Both the position numbers and the translations under genes were made by a program. Source: Glaciimonas sp. (GTDB lineage: Bacteria > Pseudomonadota > Gammaproteobacteria > Burkholderiales > Burkholderiaceae_D). From it: DNA of 64,000 nt. Of this stretch, positions 10,333 to 24,483 are shown piece by piece. The notes under the pieces were generated by a model. The model was not told the origin of the DNA. It saw nothing but the letters and a program-made list of their open reading frames with translations, and did not search any database. The stretch's first letter is position 1. The number at the start of each line of letters is the position of its first letter. The stretch is from positions 7,408-71,407 of the forward strand of contig JABBOY010000026.1 of assembly GCA_012927585.1 (NCBI GenBank), given 5' to 3'.

Positions 10333-10363
10333 AAAAAAAACGCGAGCTTGGTGCTCGCGTTTT
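10333..10363 (-). terminator. Intrinsic terminator after ppsA
   Basis: On minus strand AAAACGCGAGC-ACCAA-GCTCGCG followed by T9. Confidence 0.8.
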
Positions 10364-10380
10364 CAGAATGGAAACAAACT

Positions 10381-12807
<2,427 letters not shown>

Positions 12808-12981
12808 AACAACCTCTAGTTTGATGATAAGAAATCTTCCTGCGCATCGTCGTTGCCCCCTTCTTTTTGTTATTCTTATAAGAGCAACTTGACGCAACCC
12901 AATGAGCAGCATTTTACATGCTGCGATTGGTTTTTATCGGCAGGCATTCTATTTTTAGCACATCCACTCTTTTAAGGCCCC

Positions 12982-13830
12982 ATGCCAGCTATTTCGATCA
13001 TTCAGCCTGCAGCATTCGATCGCACCGTTTTTTTTGTCTCTGACGGCACCGGAATTACTGCCGAGGCTTTCGGCCATGCGGTGCTGACACAGTTCAATCT
13101 ACGCTTCAAGCAGGTTCGCTTGCCCTTCATTGACGACCTCGACAAGGCGCATTACGCCGCGGCCAAAATCAATGAAACCTTTGAGCAGGAAGGCATGCCA
13201 CCAATCATTTTCTCTACGCTAGTCAAGGAAGATCTTTCACAGATTATTCGCAATACCAAATGCATGTATATGGACTTGATCCAGACCTTCGTCGGTCCGC
13301 TGGAACAGGAACTGGGGATCAAATCGACCCACACCATCGGTCGTGGTCAGGACATTGCTAATTCAGAAGCATACAAAAACCGTATTGAAGCGATCAATTT
13401 TTCGCTGATCCACGATGACGGGCAGTCGCACAAGAACCTGTCCAGCGCCGACGTGATCCTGGTCGGCGTATCGCGCTCGGGAAAAACCCCGACCAGCCTG
13501 TTTCTGGCGATGCAATACGGCATCAAGTCAGCGAACTATCCGCTGATACCGGAAGATTTTGAGCGCGGCAAAATGCCTTCGGCCTTGCTGAAGTATAAAT
13601 CCAAGATTTTTGGCCTGAGCATTACGCCGGAACGCTTATGCGTAATCCGCAACGAGCGGCTCCCTGGCAGCAAGTATGCAGCCTTGGAAAACTGCCGCTT
13701 TGAGGTCAACGAGGCAGAGGCGATGATGAAACGGGAGGGAATACATTGGTTGTCCTCCACCACAAAATCGATAGAAGAAATCTCCAGCACAATTTTGCAG
13801 GAACTAAAACTAGAAAAGCGGGTGTACTGA
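12982..13830 (+). CDS. ppsR: PEP synthase regulatory kinase/pyrophosphorylase
   Basis: FFVSDGTGITAE, HDDG, GVSRSGKTPTS; divergent from ppsA. Confidence 0.93.
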   Translation: MPAISIIQPAAFDRTVFFVSDGTGITAEAFGHAVLTQFNLRFKQVRLPFIDDLDKAHYAAAKINETFEQEGMPPIIFSTLVKEDLSQIIRNTKCMYMDLIQTFVGPLEQELGIKSTHTIGRGQDIANSEAYKNRIEAINFSLIHDDGQSHKNLSSADVILVGVSRSGKTPTSLFLAMQYGIKSANYPLIPEDFERGKMPSALLKYKSKIFGLSITPERLCVIRNERLPGSKYAALENCRFEVNEAEAMMKREGIHWLSSTTKSIEEISSTILQELKLEKRVY

Positions 13831-13862
13831 GGAATTCAGAACTGACGAAAATATTGTTTTTA

Positions 13863-13916
13863 GTAGTGCAGGCCTCCGTGCCTGCGGCACGGCGCAGGCA
13901 CGGAGGCCTGCACTAC
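13863..13916. repeat. GTAG-type REP doublet (REPIN), family A
   Basis: Perfect 24-bp inverted repeat GTAGTGCAGGCCTCCGTGCCTGCG-N6-CGCAGGCACGGAGGCCTGCACTAC; each arm has an internal GCAGGC/GCCTGC palindrome. Confidence 0.8.
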
Positions 13917-13930
13917 CTGGACTCGGAGAG

Positions 13931-14713
13931 TTAGCGTCTTTGCCTGACTTGCTCAAAAAAACAGACTGCCGCACTAGCCGCCACATTCAGGGATTCCATC
14001 AGACCGAGGTGCGGAATCCCGACCTGGTGCGTGGTCAGCGTCATCAGTTGATCGGAAATTCCTTGCCCTTCGTGGCCGAACAACCAGGCCACAGGTTGCT
14101 GTAAATCGATATCGTAAATGGCGGCTTCTGCATGGGAACTGGTCGCCAGAACAGGTATGCCGGCAGATTGCAATAACAGCACCAGATCAACATCCTCGGC
14201 GATACGCAGGTGAAAGTGCGCGCCCATACCCGCCCGCAATACCTTTGGCGACCAAGCGAAGGCGGTGCCGGCGCTGCAAAAAACGTCAGTGATGCCTGCG
14301 GCAGCCGCGCTACGCAAAATCGAGCCGAGATTACCCGGGTCTTGCAATCGGTCCAGCAGCACAGCGTTGCCGGACAAACGCAATAGCGCGTCTTGTGCCG
14401 GAGTATCGACCACAAACAGCAGGCCAATGCCATGTTCGACCTGGCTAATAGCTCTGAAAAGTGCATCCGGCAGCAAAATGCATTGCGCTCCACCTTCTTC
14501 GCAGCGTTGCAGGATCGGCGTAACTTCGTGTTGCGACACTGCGCTATCGCTGACAATGCACAAGGGCGGAGCGCCGACTTGATCAAGATAAACTTCGCAC
14601 AAATGGATGCCGTCCAACAATGTGCGTTGCGTCTTGCGCCGGGCTTGCGAACTGGTCGCCAGCTGTTTGAGTTCCTTGTAAAGCGGGTTGTCGCGCGAAG
14701 AAATCGGTTTCAT
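13931..14713 (-). CDS. TrmH/SpoU-family RNA methyltransferase
   Basis: [37 protein letters not shown] motifs. Confidence 0.9.
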   Translation of the reverse strand: MKPISSRDNPLYKELKQLATSSQARRKTQRTLLDGIHLCEVYLDQVGAPPLCIVSDSAVSQHEVTPILQRCEEGGAQCILLPDALFRAISQVEHGIGLLFVVDTPAQDALLRLSGNAVLLDRLQDPGNLGSILRSAAAAGITDVFCSAGTAFAWSPKVLRAGMGAHFHLRIAEDVDLVLLLQSAGIPVLATSSHAEAAIYDIDLQQPVAWLFGHEGQGISDQLMTLTTHQVGIPHLGLMESLNVAASAAVCFFEQVRQRR

Positions 14714-15336
14714 GGCTGCTCCACAACCAGCAATGCGCGCACCGGCGCATACGATTTGCGATGCACCGGCGACACCCCGTGTTCGCGTAACCGGGCCAGA
14801 TGCAAGGCAGTCGGATAACCTTTGTGCTGGTCAAAGGCATATTGCGGAAATTGCTGATGCAGTGCGAGCAATGCTGCGTCACGCGCAGTTTTGGCCAGAA
14901 TCGAGGCGGCCGAAATGGCCGGCACCTTGTCGTCGCCTTTGATAATCGCTTCACAACGCAAGGTCATTTCAGGACAGCGATTGCCATCGATCAGCGCCAG
15001 CGTCGGCTGGGTCGAAAGCCCTTCGACCGCACGGCGCATCGCCAGCATTGTGGCTTGCAAAATATTCAGGCGATCGATTTCCTCCTCGGAGCACTGGGCA
15101 ATCGACCAGACCAGCGCACGCTGCCTGATCTGGAGTGCCAGCACCTCGCGCTGCGCCGCCGTCAGTTTCTTTGAATCGCGCAAGCCTTCGATCGGCCGGG
15201 TCGGATCGAGAATGACGGCGGCGGCGAATACCGGCCCCGCCAGCGGTCCCCGCCCGGCTTCATCGACACCACACATCAACGTGTTATCCAGTTCAATCGA
15301 CAACAGGAATTGTTCCAATTTTTCCATGCTGATCAC
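14710..15336 (-). CDS. rnhB: Ribonuclease HII
   Basis: [34 protein letters not shown]. Confidence 0.96.
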   Translation of the reverse strand: MISMEKLEQFLLSIELDNTLMCGVDEAGRGPLAGPVFAAAVILDPTRPIEGLRDSKKLTAAQREVLALQIRQRALVWSIAQCSEEEIDRLNILQATMLAMRRAVEGLSTQPTLALIDGNRCPEMTLRCEAIIKGDDKVPAISAASILAKTARDAALLALHQQFPQYAFDQHKGYPTALHLARLREHGVSPVHRKSYAPVRALLVVEQP

Positions 15337-15360
15337 TTTAAAAAATTTAACGAAAATAAT

Positions 15361-15426
15361 AAAATAGGGGGTATGACAAAAAACACTACTGATTCCGCAT
15401 ATATTAAATGAGTAACTGAAAATTAC
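15361..15426 (+). repeat. AT-rich dispersed element copy 2
   Basis: AAAATAGGGG-GTAT(15371)-N20-CCGCAT(15395-15400)-N22-TTAC; in lpxB-rnhB gap. Confidence 0.65.
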
Positions 15427-15444
15427 AGTATGGTGTATTGTCCG

Positions 15445-16626
15445 CTATGCAGCGTTCATCAGCTGCAAGACAGCCTGTGCGCTTTCCTTGGCGGTATTGC
15501 GCAACAGCGCATGATGCATCTCGATAAAACGTTGCTGCAAGGACGCTTGCAGGCTGACATCGGTCAATTGCTGCCAGAGCGCATCGGCCAGGGCTTGCGG
15601 CGTGGCGGCATCCTGTAGCAATTCGGGCACCAAAAATTCCCGTGCCAGGATATTCGGCAACCCGATCCATGGTTGATATCCCATGTGGCGCATGATTTCC
15701 CAAGAAGCGCGCATCATCCGGTACGCGATGACCATTGGTTTTTTGAACAAGGCGACTTCAAGCGATGCGGTGCCGGAAGCCACCAGCACCGCATCGGCCG
15801 CCGCCAGCACGGTATGCGACTGGCCATCAACCAATTGCAGCGGAACGTCGACCAAACCGGCTTGCGCCAGCAACTGCACAAAATAATCGCGCTGCTGCGC
15901 GCCTGCCATCGGCACCACAAAGCGCAAGCCGGGCTCGCGCTGTGCCAGCAATTTTGCTGCGCCGATAAAGGCTTCCGTGTTGTATTTCAATTCCGAGATG
16001 CGACTGCCGGGCAAAATCGCCACGACTTTTCCAGCCGGGGGCAAATGCAGTGCAGCCCTTGCTGCCGCCACATCCGGCAACAACGGAATCACTTCTGCCA
16101 GCGGATGGCCGACGTAGGTAACCGGGATGCCTGCCTGGCGATAAATCGCTTCCTCGAATGGAAACACGACCAGCATGTGCGATACCGCTTTGGCAATTTT
16201 CTTGATGCGCCCGCCGCGCCAGGCCCAAATTTGCGGGCCGATAAAATGCACGGTCGGTATGCCGGCGCGCTTTAATTGCATTTCCAGACCGAGATTGAAG
16301 CCCGGATAATCGACGCCAATGAAAACCGCCGGTTTTTCAGCCAGCAACTGATCGCGCAAAGTGTTCTGGATCGACTTGATCTCGCGATAACGCGGAATCA
16401 CTTCAAACAGGCCGCGCACCGTCAGTTTCTCCATCGGCCAATCGCTGACAAAGCCCTGCTCCGCCATTTTGAGGCCACCGATGCCGTGCATGCGGGTTTG
16501 CGGCAGATGCACCCGCAGACCCGACAGCAATCGACTCGCCAGCAGGTCGCCGGAACTCTCTCCGGCCACCATCGCTATGGTGGTATTTATATTGGCGTTA
16601 ATGGTGGAGCTAACGGATGATGCCAC
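15445..16626 (-). CDS. lpxB: Lipid-A-disaccharide synthase
   Basis: IAMVAGESSGD, GVDYPGFN, PQIWAWRGGR, LPGSR; start uncertain (16650/16626/16572). Confidence 0.95.
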   Translation of the reverse strand: MASSVSSTINANINTTIAMVAGESSGDLLASRLLSGLRVHLPQTRMHGIGGLKMAEQGFVSDWPMEKLTVRGLFEVIPRYREIKSIQNTLRDQLLAEKPAVFIGVDYPGFNLGLEMQLKRAGIPTVHFIGPQIWAWRGGRIKKIAKAVSHMLVVFPFEEAIYRQAGIPVTYVGHPLAEVIPLLPDVAAARAALHLPPAGKVVAILPGSRISELKYNTEAFIGAAKLLAQREPGLRFVVPMAGAQQRDYFVQLLAQAGLVDVPLQLVDGQSHTVLAAADAVLVASGTASLEVALFKKPMVIAYRMMRASWEIMRHMGYQPWIGLPNILAREFLVPELLQDAATPQALADALWQQLTDVSLQASLQQRFIEMHHALLRNTAKESAQAVLQLMNAA

Positions 16627-17398
16627 GGGAGGATAATGCAATAAATTCACGCATCAGACGCAAGTATTGCGCAGCTTGCGGGGATTTCGATTCTTCTTCC
16701 AATAGCGCGGACTGGGCAGCGTCGAGCTGCAAGCCGGCGCGATAAATCAATTTATAACCGCGCTTGATTGCCATAATCTGCTCGCTGCTAAAGCCGCGCC
16801 GTTTGAGGCCTTCGCTATTGATTCCGGCCGGCACCGCACGATTGCCGGCGGCAGTAACGAACGGCGGCACATCCTGGCTGACCGCTGCGGTAAATGCGGT
16901 CATCGCATGCGCGCCGATGTGGCAATACTGATGGACGGTTGTAAAACCGCCGAGAAACACCCAATCACCCAAGTGCACATGCCCGGCCAGCGTCGCATTA
17001 TTGGCTAGAATGATGTCATTGCCCAACTGGCAGTCATGTGCAATATGGACGTAGGCCATGATCCAGTTGTCATTGCCAAGCCGCGTGACGCCGGCATCCT
17101 GTGCGGTGCCGCGGTTGAGCGTACAGAATTCACGAATCGTATTGCGCTCGCCGATTTCCAGCCGGGTTGGCTCACCTGCATATTTCTTATCCTGGGGCGC
17201 GGCGCCGATCGAGGTAAACTGAAAAAAAGTATTGTCGCGCCCGATGCTGGTATCGCCGTCAATCACGACATGCGAGCCGATTTTAGTGCCGGCGGCGATG
17301 CTGACGTTCGGGCCGATGACCGAATATGGCCCGACTTCGACGGAACTATCCAGTTGCGCTTTTGTATTAACCAGTGCAGTGGAATGAATCCCCGCCAT
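16610..17398 (-). CDS. lpxA: UDP-N-acetylglucosamine acyltransferase
   Basis: Hexapeptide repeats, PQDKKY, MAYVHIAHDC. Confidence 0.96.
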   Translation of the reverse strand: MAGIHSTALVNTKAQLDSSVEVGPYSVIGPNVSIAAGTKIGSHVVIDGDTSIGRDNTFFQFTSIGAAPQDKKYAGEPTRLEIGERNTIREFCTLNRGTAQDAGVTRLGNDNWIMAYVHIAHDCQLGNDIILANNATLAGHVHLGDWVFLGGFTTVHQYCHIGAHAMTAFTAAVSQDVPPFVTAAGNRAVPAGINSEGLKRRGFSSEQIMAIKRGYKLIYRAGLQLDAAQSALLEEESKSPQAAQYLRLMREFIALSSRGIIR

Positions 17399-17868
17399 TA
17401 CTGACCCGCAGCCTTGCTAGCATCTGCGGCGGTGCGCATGGTGCACATTAGTTCAGCCTCAACCGCGAGTTGGCCATCTACGGTGCCTTTGACTGCATAT
17501 TTCCAGATGCCGCGCGCCACTCGCAAGATTTCAACCTCCATCCTGAGTTGATCGCCGGGTTCCACCGGCCGTTTGAAACGTGCGCCATCGATGCCGAGAA
17601 AATACACGATAGTGTCTGCGTCCGGCTTCATGTCCATGGTCAAAAACGACAGAATAGCAGCGGTCTGTGCCATTGCCTCGATCATCAACACACCCGGCAT
17701 CACCGGTTTGTTCGGAAAATGTCCATTGAAAAATTCTTCATTGGCCGTGACATTCTTGATCGCAGTGATGCGCTTGCCTGCCTCCCAGTCCAGCACGCGA
17801 TCGACTAGCAACATCGGATAGCGGTGCGGCAAATATTGTTTGATTTGATTGATATCGAGGGTTTTCAT
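17398..17868 (-). CDS. fabZ: 3-hydroxyacyl-ACP dehydratase
   Basis: [30 protein letters not shown]. Confidence 0.96.
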   Translation of the reverse strand: MKTLDINQIKQYLPHRYPMLLVDRVLDWEAGKRITAIKNVTANEEFFNGHFPNKPVMPGVLMIEAMAQTAAILSFLTMDMKPDADTIVYFLGIDGARFKRPVEPGDQLRMEVEILRVARGIWKYAVKGTVDGQLAVEAELMCTMRTAADASKAAGQ

Positions 17869-18935
17869 GATTCTTGACTCTTGTCTGTAAGCGATTTTGT
17901 AAGCAACTGCACGGTTTTTTCCAGATTACGGATTTTTTCACGCATCGATGTCAGGTTACGCACGATGGCAGCGGACTTTTCCCAATCGGCATTCTTGGCC
18001 AGCGGATAAAAGCCAGTGTACTGCCCGGCCTCCCGGATCGAGCGCGATACCATGCTGCCGGAAGAAATATGCACGTTGTCGGCGATGCTCAGGTGACCAA
18101 GCACCATTGCCGCGCCGCCAAAAGTACAATATTTGCCAATTGTGGCGCTACCGGCCACGCCGACACAACCGGCCATTGCAGTGTGCGCGCCGATATGGCA
18201 GTTATGGCCGATTTGAATTTGGTTATCCAGCTTAACGCCGTTCTCAATGATGGTATCCGTCAGAGCGCCACGATCGATGCAGGTATTGGCGCCGATGTCG
18301 ACATCGTCGCCGATGATCACACGCCCGGTCTGCGGAATCTTGATCCACGTCCCGCCATCATTGGCAAAGCCAAAGCCGTCAGTGCCTATCACGGCGCCGG
18401 AATGGAGAATGCCGCGCTGCCCGATTTCACATCCAGCATGGAATGTTACACGGGCAAAAAAATGAGTGCCGGCACCGATTTTAGCGTCGCGTCCAATAAA
18501 ACAGCCGGCATCAATCACCGCATGGTCGGCAATTAATGCTCCGGCTTCAATTGTTACATGCGGGCCGATGAATGCGGTCGCTGCAATCGTGGCACTGGCA
18601 TCCACATGCGCACTCGCATCAATGCCGGCCGCCAGCGGAGGTGCGCTCTCCGCGGCAAACCATTGCGCTGCTCTGGCAAAATACGCATAGGGATTATCTG
18701 CCACAATCCGCGCACCCTGATATTCGGGACCGATTGCCGCGGCACTTGAAGCCGATAGGATAATGGCGGCCGCTTGCGTGTGCGCCGCCTGTGTCCGAAG
18801 CTTGGGATTAGAGAGAAATGTGATGTGCGACGCGTTTGCGTCATCCAAAGGCGCAATACCGAACACTTCTGTGTTCGGATCGCCCATCAATTGCCCACCC
18901 AAGCGTTCGACTAGTACACCAAGTCGAATGCTCAT
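17865..18935 (-). CDS. lpxD: UDP-3-O-(3-hydroxyacyl)glucosamine N-acyltransferase
   Basis: Hexapeptide repeats, [18 protein letters not shown]. Confidence 0.95.
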   Translation of the reverse strand: MSIRLGVLVERLGGQLMGDPNTEVFGIAPLDDANASHITFLSNPKLRTQAAHTQAAAIILSASSAAAIGPEYQGARIVADNPYAYFARAAQWFAAESAPPLAAGIDASAHVDASATIAATAFIGPHVTIEAGALIADHAVIDAGCFIGRDAKIGAGTHFFARVTFHAGCEIGQRGILHSGAVIGTDGFGFANDGGTWIKIPQTGRVIIGDDVDIGANTCIDRGALTDTIIENGVKLDNQIQIGHNCHIGAHTAMAGCVGVAGSATIGKYCTFGGAAMVLGHLSIADNVHISSGSMVSRSIREAGQYTGFYPLAKNADWEKSAAIVRNLTSMREKIRNLEKTVQLLTKSLTDKSQES

Positions 18936-18953
18936 AGTGGTTTTTTCATGAAA

Positions 18954-19463
18954 TTACTTCTTGTTGAGGATTTTCAGCACTTTTTCAGTAACATCGATGC
19001 GCGGATTGAAGTAGGCAGCATCCTGGAAAATAATGTCGTATTTTTCAGCCTCTGCAATCTGCTTGATTGCCTTGTTCGCGCGTTCAACCACGATAGCAAT
19101 TTCTTCATTGCGACGCAGGTTCAAATCTTCGCTGAATGCGCGTTGCTTGCGCTGAAAGTCTTGATCCATGTCGCTTAGTTCCCGCTGACGCCGGATCCGG
19201 TCTGATTCGGAGATTACCGCCGAATCCTTATCGAGTTTTTCTGCCAGAGTTTTGATGCGGCTCGAAGAATCGAGTAATTCTTTCTGGCGCTTTGAAAATT
19301 CCTGCTCGATTTTTGTTTCGGCTGCCTTGGCCGGGGCCGATTCACGCATCACGCGCTGGGAGTTGATCAAGCCGATCTTGGACTCTTGCGCATGCACATT
19401 TACGGCCATGCATAGCAATACAGCGCCAACGATTTTTGATGATGATGTAGTTAGAAACTTCAA
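18954..19463 (-). CDS. skp: OmpH/Skp periplasmic chaperone
   Basis: Signal peptide, KIGLIN, coiled coil, IDVTEKV; position after bamA. Confidence 0.9.
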   Translation of the reverse strand: MKFLTTSSSKIVGAVLLCMAVNVHAQESKIGLINSQRVMRESAPAKAAETKIEQEFSKRQKELLDSSSRIKTLAEKLDKDSAVISESDRIRRQRELSDMDQDFQRKQRAFSEDLNLRRNEEIAIVVERANKAIKQIAEAEKYDIIFQDAAYFNPRIDVTEKVLKILNKK

Positions 19464-19519
19464 GTGTATTCTCCAAGAGTCAAACGGCCGAGGCCGTCAT
19501 AGTATTTAAGTCGTATAAA

Positions 19520-21862
19520 TTAGAACCCGGTACCCAGCTGGAATTGGAAATTCTGCTTCCGGTCGGTAGACGTGGCATTCATGGGTTTGCCATAACTTAA
19601 TTTCAGCGGACCAATCGGTGATATCCAGCTCAAACCGATGCCCACTGAGGTACGTAAATCCGAAGCACTGATCTTTTGCCCTTCTGCAAACACGTTACCC
19701 GCATCAAAAAAGGTAAACCAGCGCAAGGTACGGTCATTTCCCGAACCAGGAAATGGAAATTGCAACTCGGCATTCGCAATCAAGCGGGTTGAGCCGCCCA
19801 GAGATTCCCCGGTTACGCGATCAATGTTGGTTCCGACACCCAGCGAGGAGCCTTCATAGCCGCGCACAGATCCGATACCGCCGGCATAGAAATTTTTGAA
19901 AATTGGATACTTATTACCCCCTAATCCATGACCGTAATCAACTTCGCCATTCAATGCCAGCGTCATGGTACGGTTAATCGGCAGGAAGTATTGATCCTGA
20001 TATACGGCGCGGTAATAACCCAGGGTGCCGATCACTGACAGCTCGAGATTTGCGCGTTGATAGCGTCCCTTGTTGGGCGCTATCGCGCTATCGCGCCCGT
20101 CACGTTGCCATGCCGCGGTTAAGGGAAATGACGTTGTAGTAGCTTTCCCTATACCGGATGGATCGCCGTTATCTTTCACGAATTCCTGCCATCTGTCCGG
20201 GCTGCTTGCAAAAGTTTCAACTGCAGTTCGTTCTGCGCCGATGCCGAAAAATACGGTATCCAGTTCGGAGAATGGCACACCAAATCGTATACTGCCGCCC
20301 GAGGTTACTACCCGATAGTCGTAGGTATAGGTATCAGCCGGACGGGTTGTCCGATAAAACAGTTCATAACTGCGACTGACGCCATCCTTGGTGAAATACG
20401 GGTCGGTTTGTGACAAAGCTATCGTGCGATTGCGTTTGCTGGTGTTGACATCCAGCCCTATCGTATTGCCGGTGCCAAAGGCATTGGCTTGCTGGATGGA
20501 ACCTGTCAGCGTCAACTTCTCGCTACTGGAAAAACCGGCACCTAGTAGCAAATTACCAGTCGGCTTTTCTACCACCGCCATATTGATATCGACCTGATCG
20601 GTACTGCCGGGTACTTCCGGTGTTTCAATATTTACTTCCTTGAAGAAGCCGAGACGATCGACTCGATCCCGGGAAAGCCGGATTTTGGTGCCGTCATACC
20701 AGGCATCCTCAAATTGCCGGAATTCGCGGCGAATCACTTCATCACGCGTTTTTGTATTGCCGGCAAGGTTAATGCGGCGAACATAGACGCGCTTACCAGG
20801 ATCCAGGAAAATCGTCAGCGCGACTTCCTTTTTCTCACGATTAATTTGCGGATTGGCATTGACGTTAGCGAAAGCATAACCAAAGTTACCCATGCGTTCT
20901 GATATTTTCGCAGTGCTTGCCGTCAGTTTTTCGCCCGAATAGACATCGCCTTTTTTTAAAGTCAGCAGGGAATTAAATTCCGCTTCGCGGCCAAACATTT
21001 GACCTTCGATCTTAACGTCGGAGACGGTGTATTTTTCCCCTTCATTGATATTGATGGTGATGAAGATATCTTTTTTGTCCTGCGTGATCGAAACTTGCGT
21101 CGATTCGACCTGCATCTCGATATAACCACGATTCAGATAATAGGATTTCAGCGCTTCAATGTCGCCTGCCAATTTTTGTTTCGAATATTGGTCAGCTTTT
21201 GTGTACCAAGAAAACCAACCTGGTGTTGTCAGGTTTAATAAGTCCGATAATTCGCTGTCGGTAAACGCTTTATTACCGACAAAATTGATCTGCTTAATAT
21301 GGGTAATATCGCCTTCTTCCACTGCGAAATTGACTGTTACCCGGTTACGCTCGATCGGTGTGACGGTAGAAGTAATTTGAACCCCATATAAACCTCTGGA
21401 AAGATATTGGCGCTTTAATTCCTGCTCCGCACGATCCACTAAAGCCTTGTCGAAAATGCGTGATTCACCCAGGCCAATCTCTTTCAACGCCTTAGTCAGC
21501 ACTTCCTTGTCAAACTCCTTGGTTCCTGAGAACTCCACGCTGGCAATCGCAGGACGTTCTTCTACCAGGATGACTAGCACATCACCATCGACTTCAATAC
21601 GAACATCCTTGAAGAACCCGGTTGCATAAAGAGACTTGATCGCGGTTACACTTTTTTCATCAGTGAAAGTTTCGCCGACACGCACCGGAAGATAACTAAA
21701 TACAGTGCCGGCCTCAGTACGCTGTATCCCTTCTACCCGAATATCTTTCACCTTGAATGGCTCGATCGCCAGCGCGGATCCGGCACATAGGGAAAAAACA
21801 GCAATAGCGAGTAGATTTCGGCGAAAAACAGGAATGGAAAAACGCTCAGAATATAATTTCAT
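19520..21862 (-). CDS. bamA: Outer membrane protein assembly factor
   Basis: POTRA repeats (IRVEGIQR), FYAGGIGSVRGY, C-terminal FQFQLGTGF. Confidence 0.97.
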   Translation of the reverse strand: MKLYSERFSIPVFRRNLLAIAVFSLCAGSALAIEPFKVKDIRVEGIQRTEAGTVFSYLPVRVGETFTDEKSVTAIKSLYATGFFKDVRIEVDGDVLVILVEERPAIASVEFSGTKEFDKEVLTKALKEIGLGESRIFDKALVDRAEQELKRQYLSRGLYGVQITSTVTPIERNRVTVNFAVEEGDITHIKQINFVGNKAFTDSELSDLLNLTTPGWFSWYTKADQYSKQKLAGDIEALKSYYLNRGYIEMQVESTQVSITQDKKDIFITININEGEKYTVSDVKIEGQMFGREAEFNSLLTLKKGDVYSGEKLTASTAKISERMGNFGYAFANVNANPQINREKKEVALTIFLDPGKRVYVRRINLAGNTKTRDEVIRREFRQFEDAWYDGTKIRLSRDRVDRLGFFKEVNIETPEVPGSTDQVDINMAVVEKPTGNLLLGAGFSSSEKLTLTGSIQQANAFGTGNTIGLDVNTSKRNRTIALSQTDPYFTKDGVSRSYELFYRTTRPADTYTYDYRVVTSGGSIRFGVPFSELDTVFFGIGAERTAVETFASSPDRWQEFVKDNGDPSGIGKATTTSFPLTAAWQRDGRDSAIAPNKGRYQRANLELSVIGTLGYYRAVYQDQYFLPINRTMTLALNGEVDYGHGLGGNKYPIFKNFYAGGIGSVRGYEGSSLGVGTNIDRVTGESLGGSTRLIANAELQFPFPGSGNDRTLRWFTFFDAGNVFAEGQKISASDLRTSVGIGLSWISPIGPLKLSYGKPMNATSTDRKQNFQFQLGTGF

Positions 21863-21924
21863 TGGGTACCGATTATGAATATTTTTTGTTTTGCGAGTGC
21901 TCGTTAGGCAAGATCATTATCAAC

Positions 21925-23292
21925 TCAGGAAATAAGGCGCACGATATCATTGAAGACAGCTACCAGCATCAGTGTCATCAAAATACCCATCCCGGCCCGT
22001 TGGGCAATTTCGCCAAAACGTGCAGAAACAGGGCGTCCGGTAAAAACTTCCACGAAATAATACAACAAAAGTCCGCCGTCCAACACCGGGATCGGTAGCA
22101 AATTCATTACACCCAGACTGATGCTGATGAATGCAATAAAACTGATATAGCTAACAATGCCAATACGTGCAGTCTGGCCTGCATAGTCGGCGATGGTGAT
22201 CGGGCCTGTGATGTTTTTCAGGGAAACCTCGCCCACCAACATCTTTCCGAGCATTTTGAGCGACACTACGCTAGTGTCCCAAGTGCGGTTAGCGCCCTTG
22301 ATAATTGCATCAATCGGTGTCGCGCGCACGGTAATCATAGCTGGGATCATGGACACTTCAGCCTTGATCTTGCCAATGATCCGGCTGCCTTGCGCTTGTC
22401 CTTCCGGGGTAACGGTTGCAGAGAATTCGCGCCCTGCCCTTTGCCCCGTCAACTTCAATGACTTATTGGCGGAACTACGCAATAGTTCTATTAAAGCCAA
22501 TCCATCAACTACAGGTTTTCCATCGACAGTCAGAACTAAATCCCCCTCATGCAGTCCGCCATGCATAGCGGGACCATCCGGCATAATTTTTCCCAAAACG
22601 GCAGGCGGCATCGCAAGCGAAATACCTAATCCGCCTAAAAAATCACCTTCCAGATCCTCCGGCGTCAAGCTATCCAAAGGCACGGTAACGGTACTTAACA
22701 ACGTTCCTTCGGGGTCTGCCGGGTCGGCCGAACTAACGTCGAGTTTGGCAGCGCTCTTATCGATAGCTAGCTGCACTATTCTCCAGCGCAAGTCAGACCA
22801 TAACGCTACTGCCTCGCCATTGACTGCCGTTACGCGTTCGCCGCCGCGCAAACCAGCCTTGTATGCTACCGATTGCTCGGGAACAATTCGGATGTTGGCA
22901 ACCGGCTCTGGAACCCCGTATGTATAGAGTGAAGCGAATAACAGTATGGCAAGAATAAAGTTGGCAATAGGCCCGGCGGCAACGATGGCAATGCGCTTCC
23001 AGACGTTCTGGCTAGTGAATTCGCGTTGTCTATCCTCGGGAGCCAAGGTATCTAAACTCTGCTCCCTGGCATCCAGCATCTTCACATAACCGCCAAGCGG
23101 CAACGCTGAAATCACCCATTCGGTTTGGTCTGCGCCAAAACGGCGCGAGAAAATCACTTTGCCCATCCCGACCGAAAAACGTAGCACTTTTACCCCGCAC
23201 AGGCGGGCCACCAAAAAATGTCCCAGCTCATGGAAGATGACAAGTGTCCCGAGGGCAAAAACAAAAGCAACCAGTGTTTGCAGTAAGCTCAT
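21925..23292 (-). CDS. rseP: RIP metalloprotease RseP
   Basis: HELGH, PDZ domains, [11 protein letters not shown]. Confidence 0.96.
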   Translation of the reverse strand: MSLLQTLVAFVFALGTLVIFHELGHFLVARLCGVKVLRFSVGMGKVIFSRRFGADQTEWVISALPLGGYVKMLDAREQSLDTLAPEDRQREFTSQNVWKRIAIVAAGPIANFILAILLFASLYTYGVPEPVANIRIVPEQSVAYKAGLRGGERVTAVNGEAVALWSDLRWRIVQLAIDKSAAKLDVSSADPADPEGTLLSTVTVPLDSLTPEDLEGDFLGGLGISLAMPPAVLGKIMPDGPAMHGGLHEGDLVLTVDGKPVVDGLALIELLRSSANKSLKLTGQRAGREFSATVTPEGQAQGSRIIGKIKAEVSMIPAMITVRATPIDAIIKGANRTWDTSVVSLKMLGKMLVGEVSLKNITGPITIADYAGQTARIGIVSYISFIAFISISLGVMNLLPIPVLDGGLLLYYFVEVFTGRPVSARFGEIAQRAGMGILMTLMLVAVFNDIVRLIS

Positions 23293-24461
23293 GATTGCAT
23301 GTAGCCGGTGGCGATTCTGCGAGCCTCGCAGTCTTGCTCCAGCAAGCTTTCGATACTGTCCACGTGAATATGTGGCAACGCATCCATTACGCGCGCAATC
23401 AGCTGATCTATCATACGAAATCCGGTATGCCCATCCAAAAACCCTTGAACCGCAACTTCATTGGCGGCATTCAGAATTGCCGGTGCAGAACCGCCTGCGC
23501 GCAAAGCATCAAATGCCAGTTTGAGACACGGAAACTGGCTAAAATTCGGCTTTTTGAATTCCAGATGCCCAATGCTAGTCAGATCAAGAGGCGCCACACC
23601 GGATGCAATACGCTCTGGATAGGCAAGAGCATGTGCAATTGGCGTGCGCATGTCAGGATTGCCTAGCTGCGCGAGAACAGAACCATCAATATAGGAAACC
23701 ATCGAATGAATTACGCTTTGCGGATGAATTACAACTTCGATTTGATCGGCTGAGGCGCCAAACAGCCAATGCGCTTCGATCACTTCCAGCCCCTTGTTCA
23801 TCATCGTAGCTGAATCAACTGAAATTTTCCTGCCCATAACCCATTTTGGGTGCGCAACGGCTTCTGCTGGCGTCACGACATCCAGTGTCTCGACAGGCCG
23901 ATTCAAGAACGGCCCACCGGATGCCGTTAGTAATATCTTGGCAACTCCCTGCCCTGGTTGTCCGCGAAGATAAGTCTTTGGCAGGCACTGGAAAATCGCA
24001 TTATGTTCGCTGTCAATGGGTAAAAGTGTGGCTCCGTTCGCCTGCACCGCATCCATGAAAAGTTGACCGGCCATCACCAGCGCTTCTTTATTTGCCAGCA
24101 GCACTTTTTTACCGGCCCGGGCCGCTGCCATTGTAGGCACCAAGCCGGCGGCACCCACAATTGCTGCCATGACAACATCACAGTCTGGATCAGAAGATAC
24201 CGCTGCCAGCGCATCGGGTCCAAATTCAACCTGCGTTTTTAGACCTTTTTGTCGCAACTGCTGCGATAAATCTTGTGCCGCCTGCGCCGACCCAACCACG
24301 GCTATGCGCGGCTTGAATTGTTCACATTGCCGGCACAGTGCATCAACACTGGTATCCGCGGTCAACGCATGGATAGAGTAACGATCAGGATGCCGCGCAA
24401 CCACATCCAGTGTTGATGCGCCAATGGAACCGGTAGAACCGAGAATGGTAATTCTTTGCAT
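23289..24461 (-). CDS. dxr: 1-deoxy-D-xylulose-5-phosphate reductoisomerase
   Basis: [34 protein letters not shown]; start trimmed to MQRIT. Confidence 0.97.
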   Translation of the reverse strand: MQRITILGSTGSIGASTLDVVARHPDRYSIHALTADTSVDALCRQCEQFKPRIAVVGSAQAAQDLSQQLRQKGLKTQVEFGPDALAAVSSDPDCDVVMAAIVGAAGLVPTMAAARAGKKVLLANKEALVMAGQLFMDAVQANGATLLPIDSEHNAIFQCLPKTYLRGQPGQGVAKILLTASGGPFLNRPVETLDVVTPAEAVAHPKWVMGRKISVDSATMMNKGLEVIEAHWLFGASADQIEVVIHPQSVIHSMVSYIDGSVLAQLGNPDMRTPIAHALAYPERIASGVAPLDLTSIGHLEFKKPNFSQFPCLKLAFDALRAGGSAPAILNAANEVAVQGFLDGHTGFRMIDQLIARVMDALPHIHVDSIESLLEQDCEARRIATGYMQS

Positions 24462-24483
24462 AATTTCTATTCCAACACCAATG

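Noticed and set aside
12808-12912. N-terminal extensions in the ORF track (ppsA, dppB, dxr, frr, tsf, rpsB, cobS, cobT, copG, ppnN and others)
   Set aside because: Longest-ORF artefacts; family-typical starts lie downstream.
15391-15420. TTCCGCATAT core as a dif/pdif XerC arm
   Set aside because: No XerD arm (TTATGTTAAAT-like) 6 bp away in any copy.
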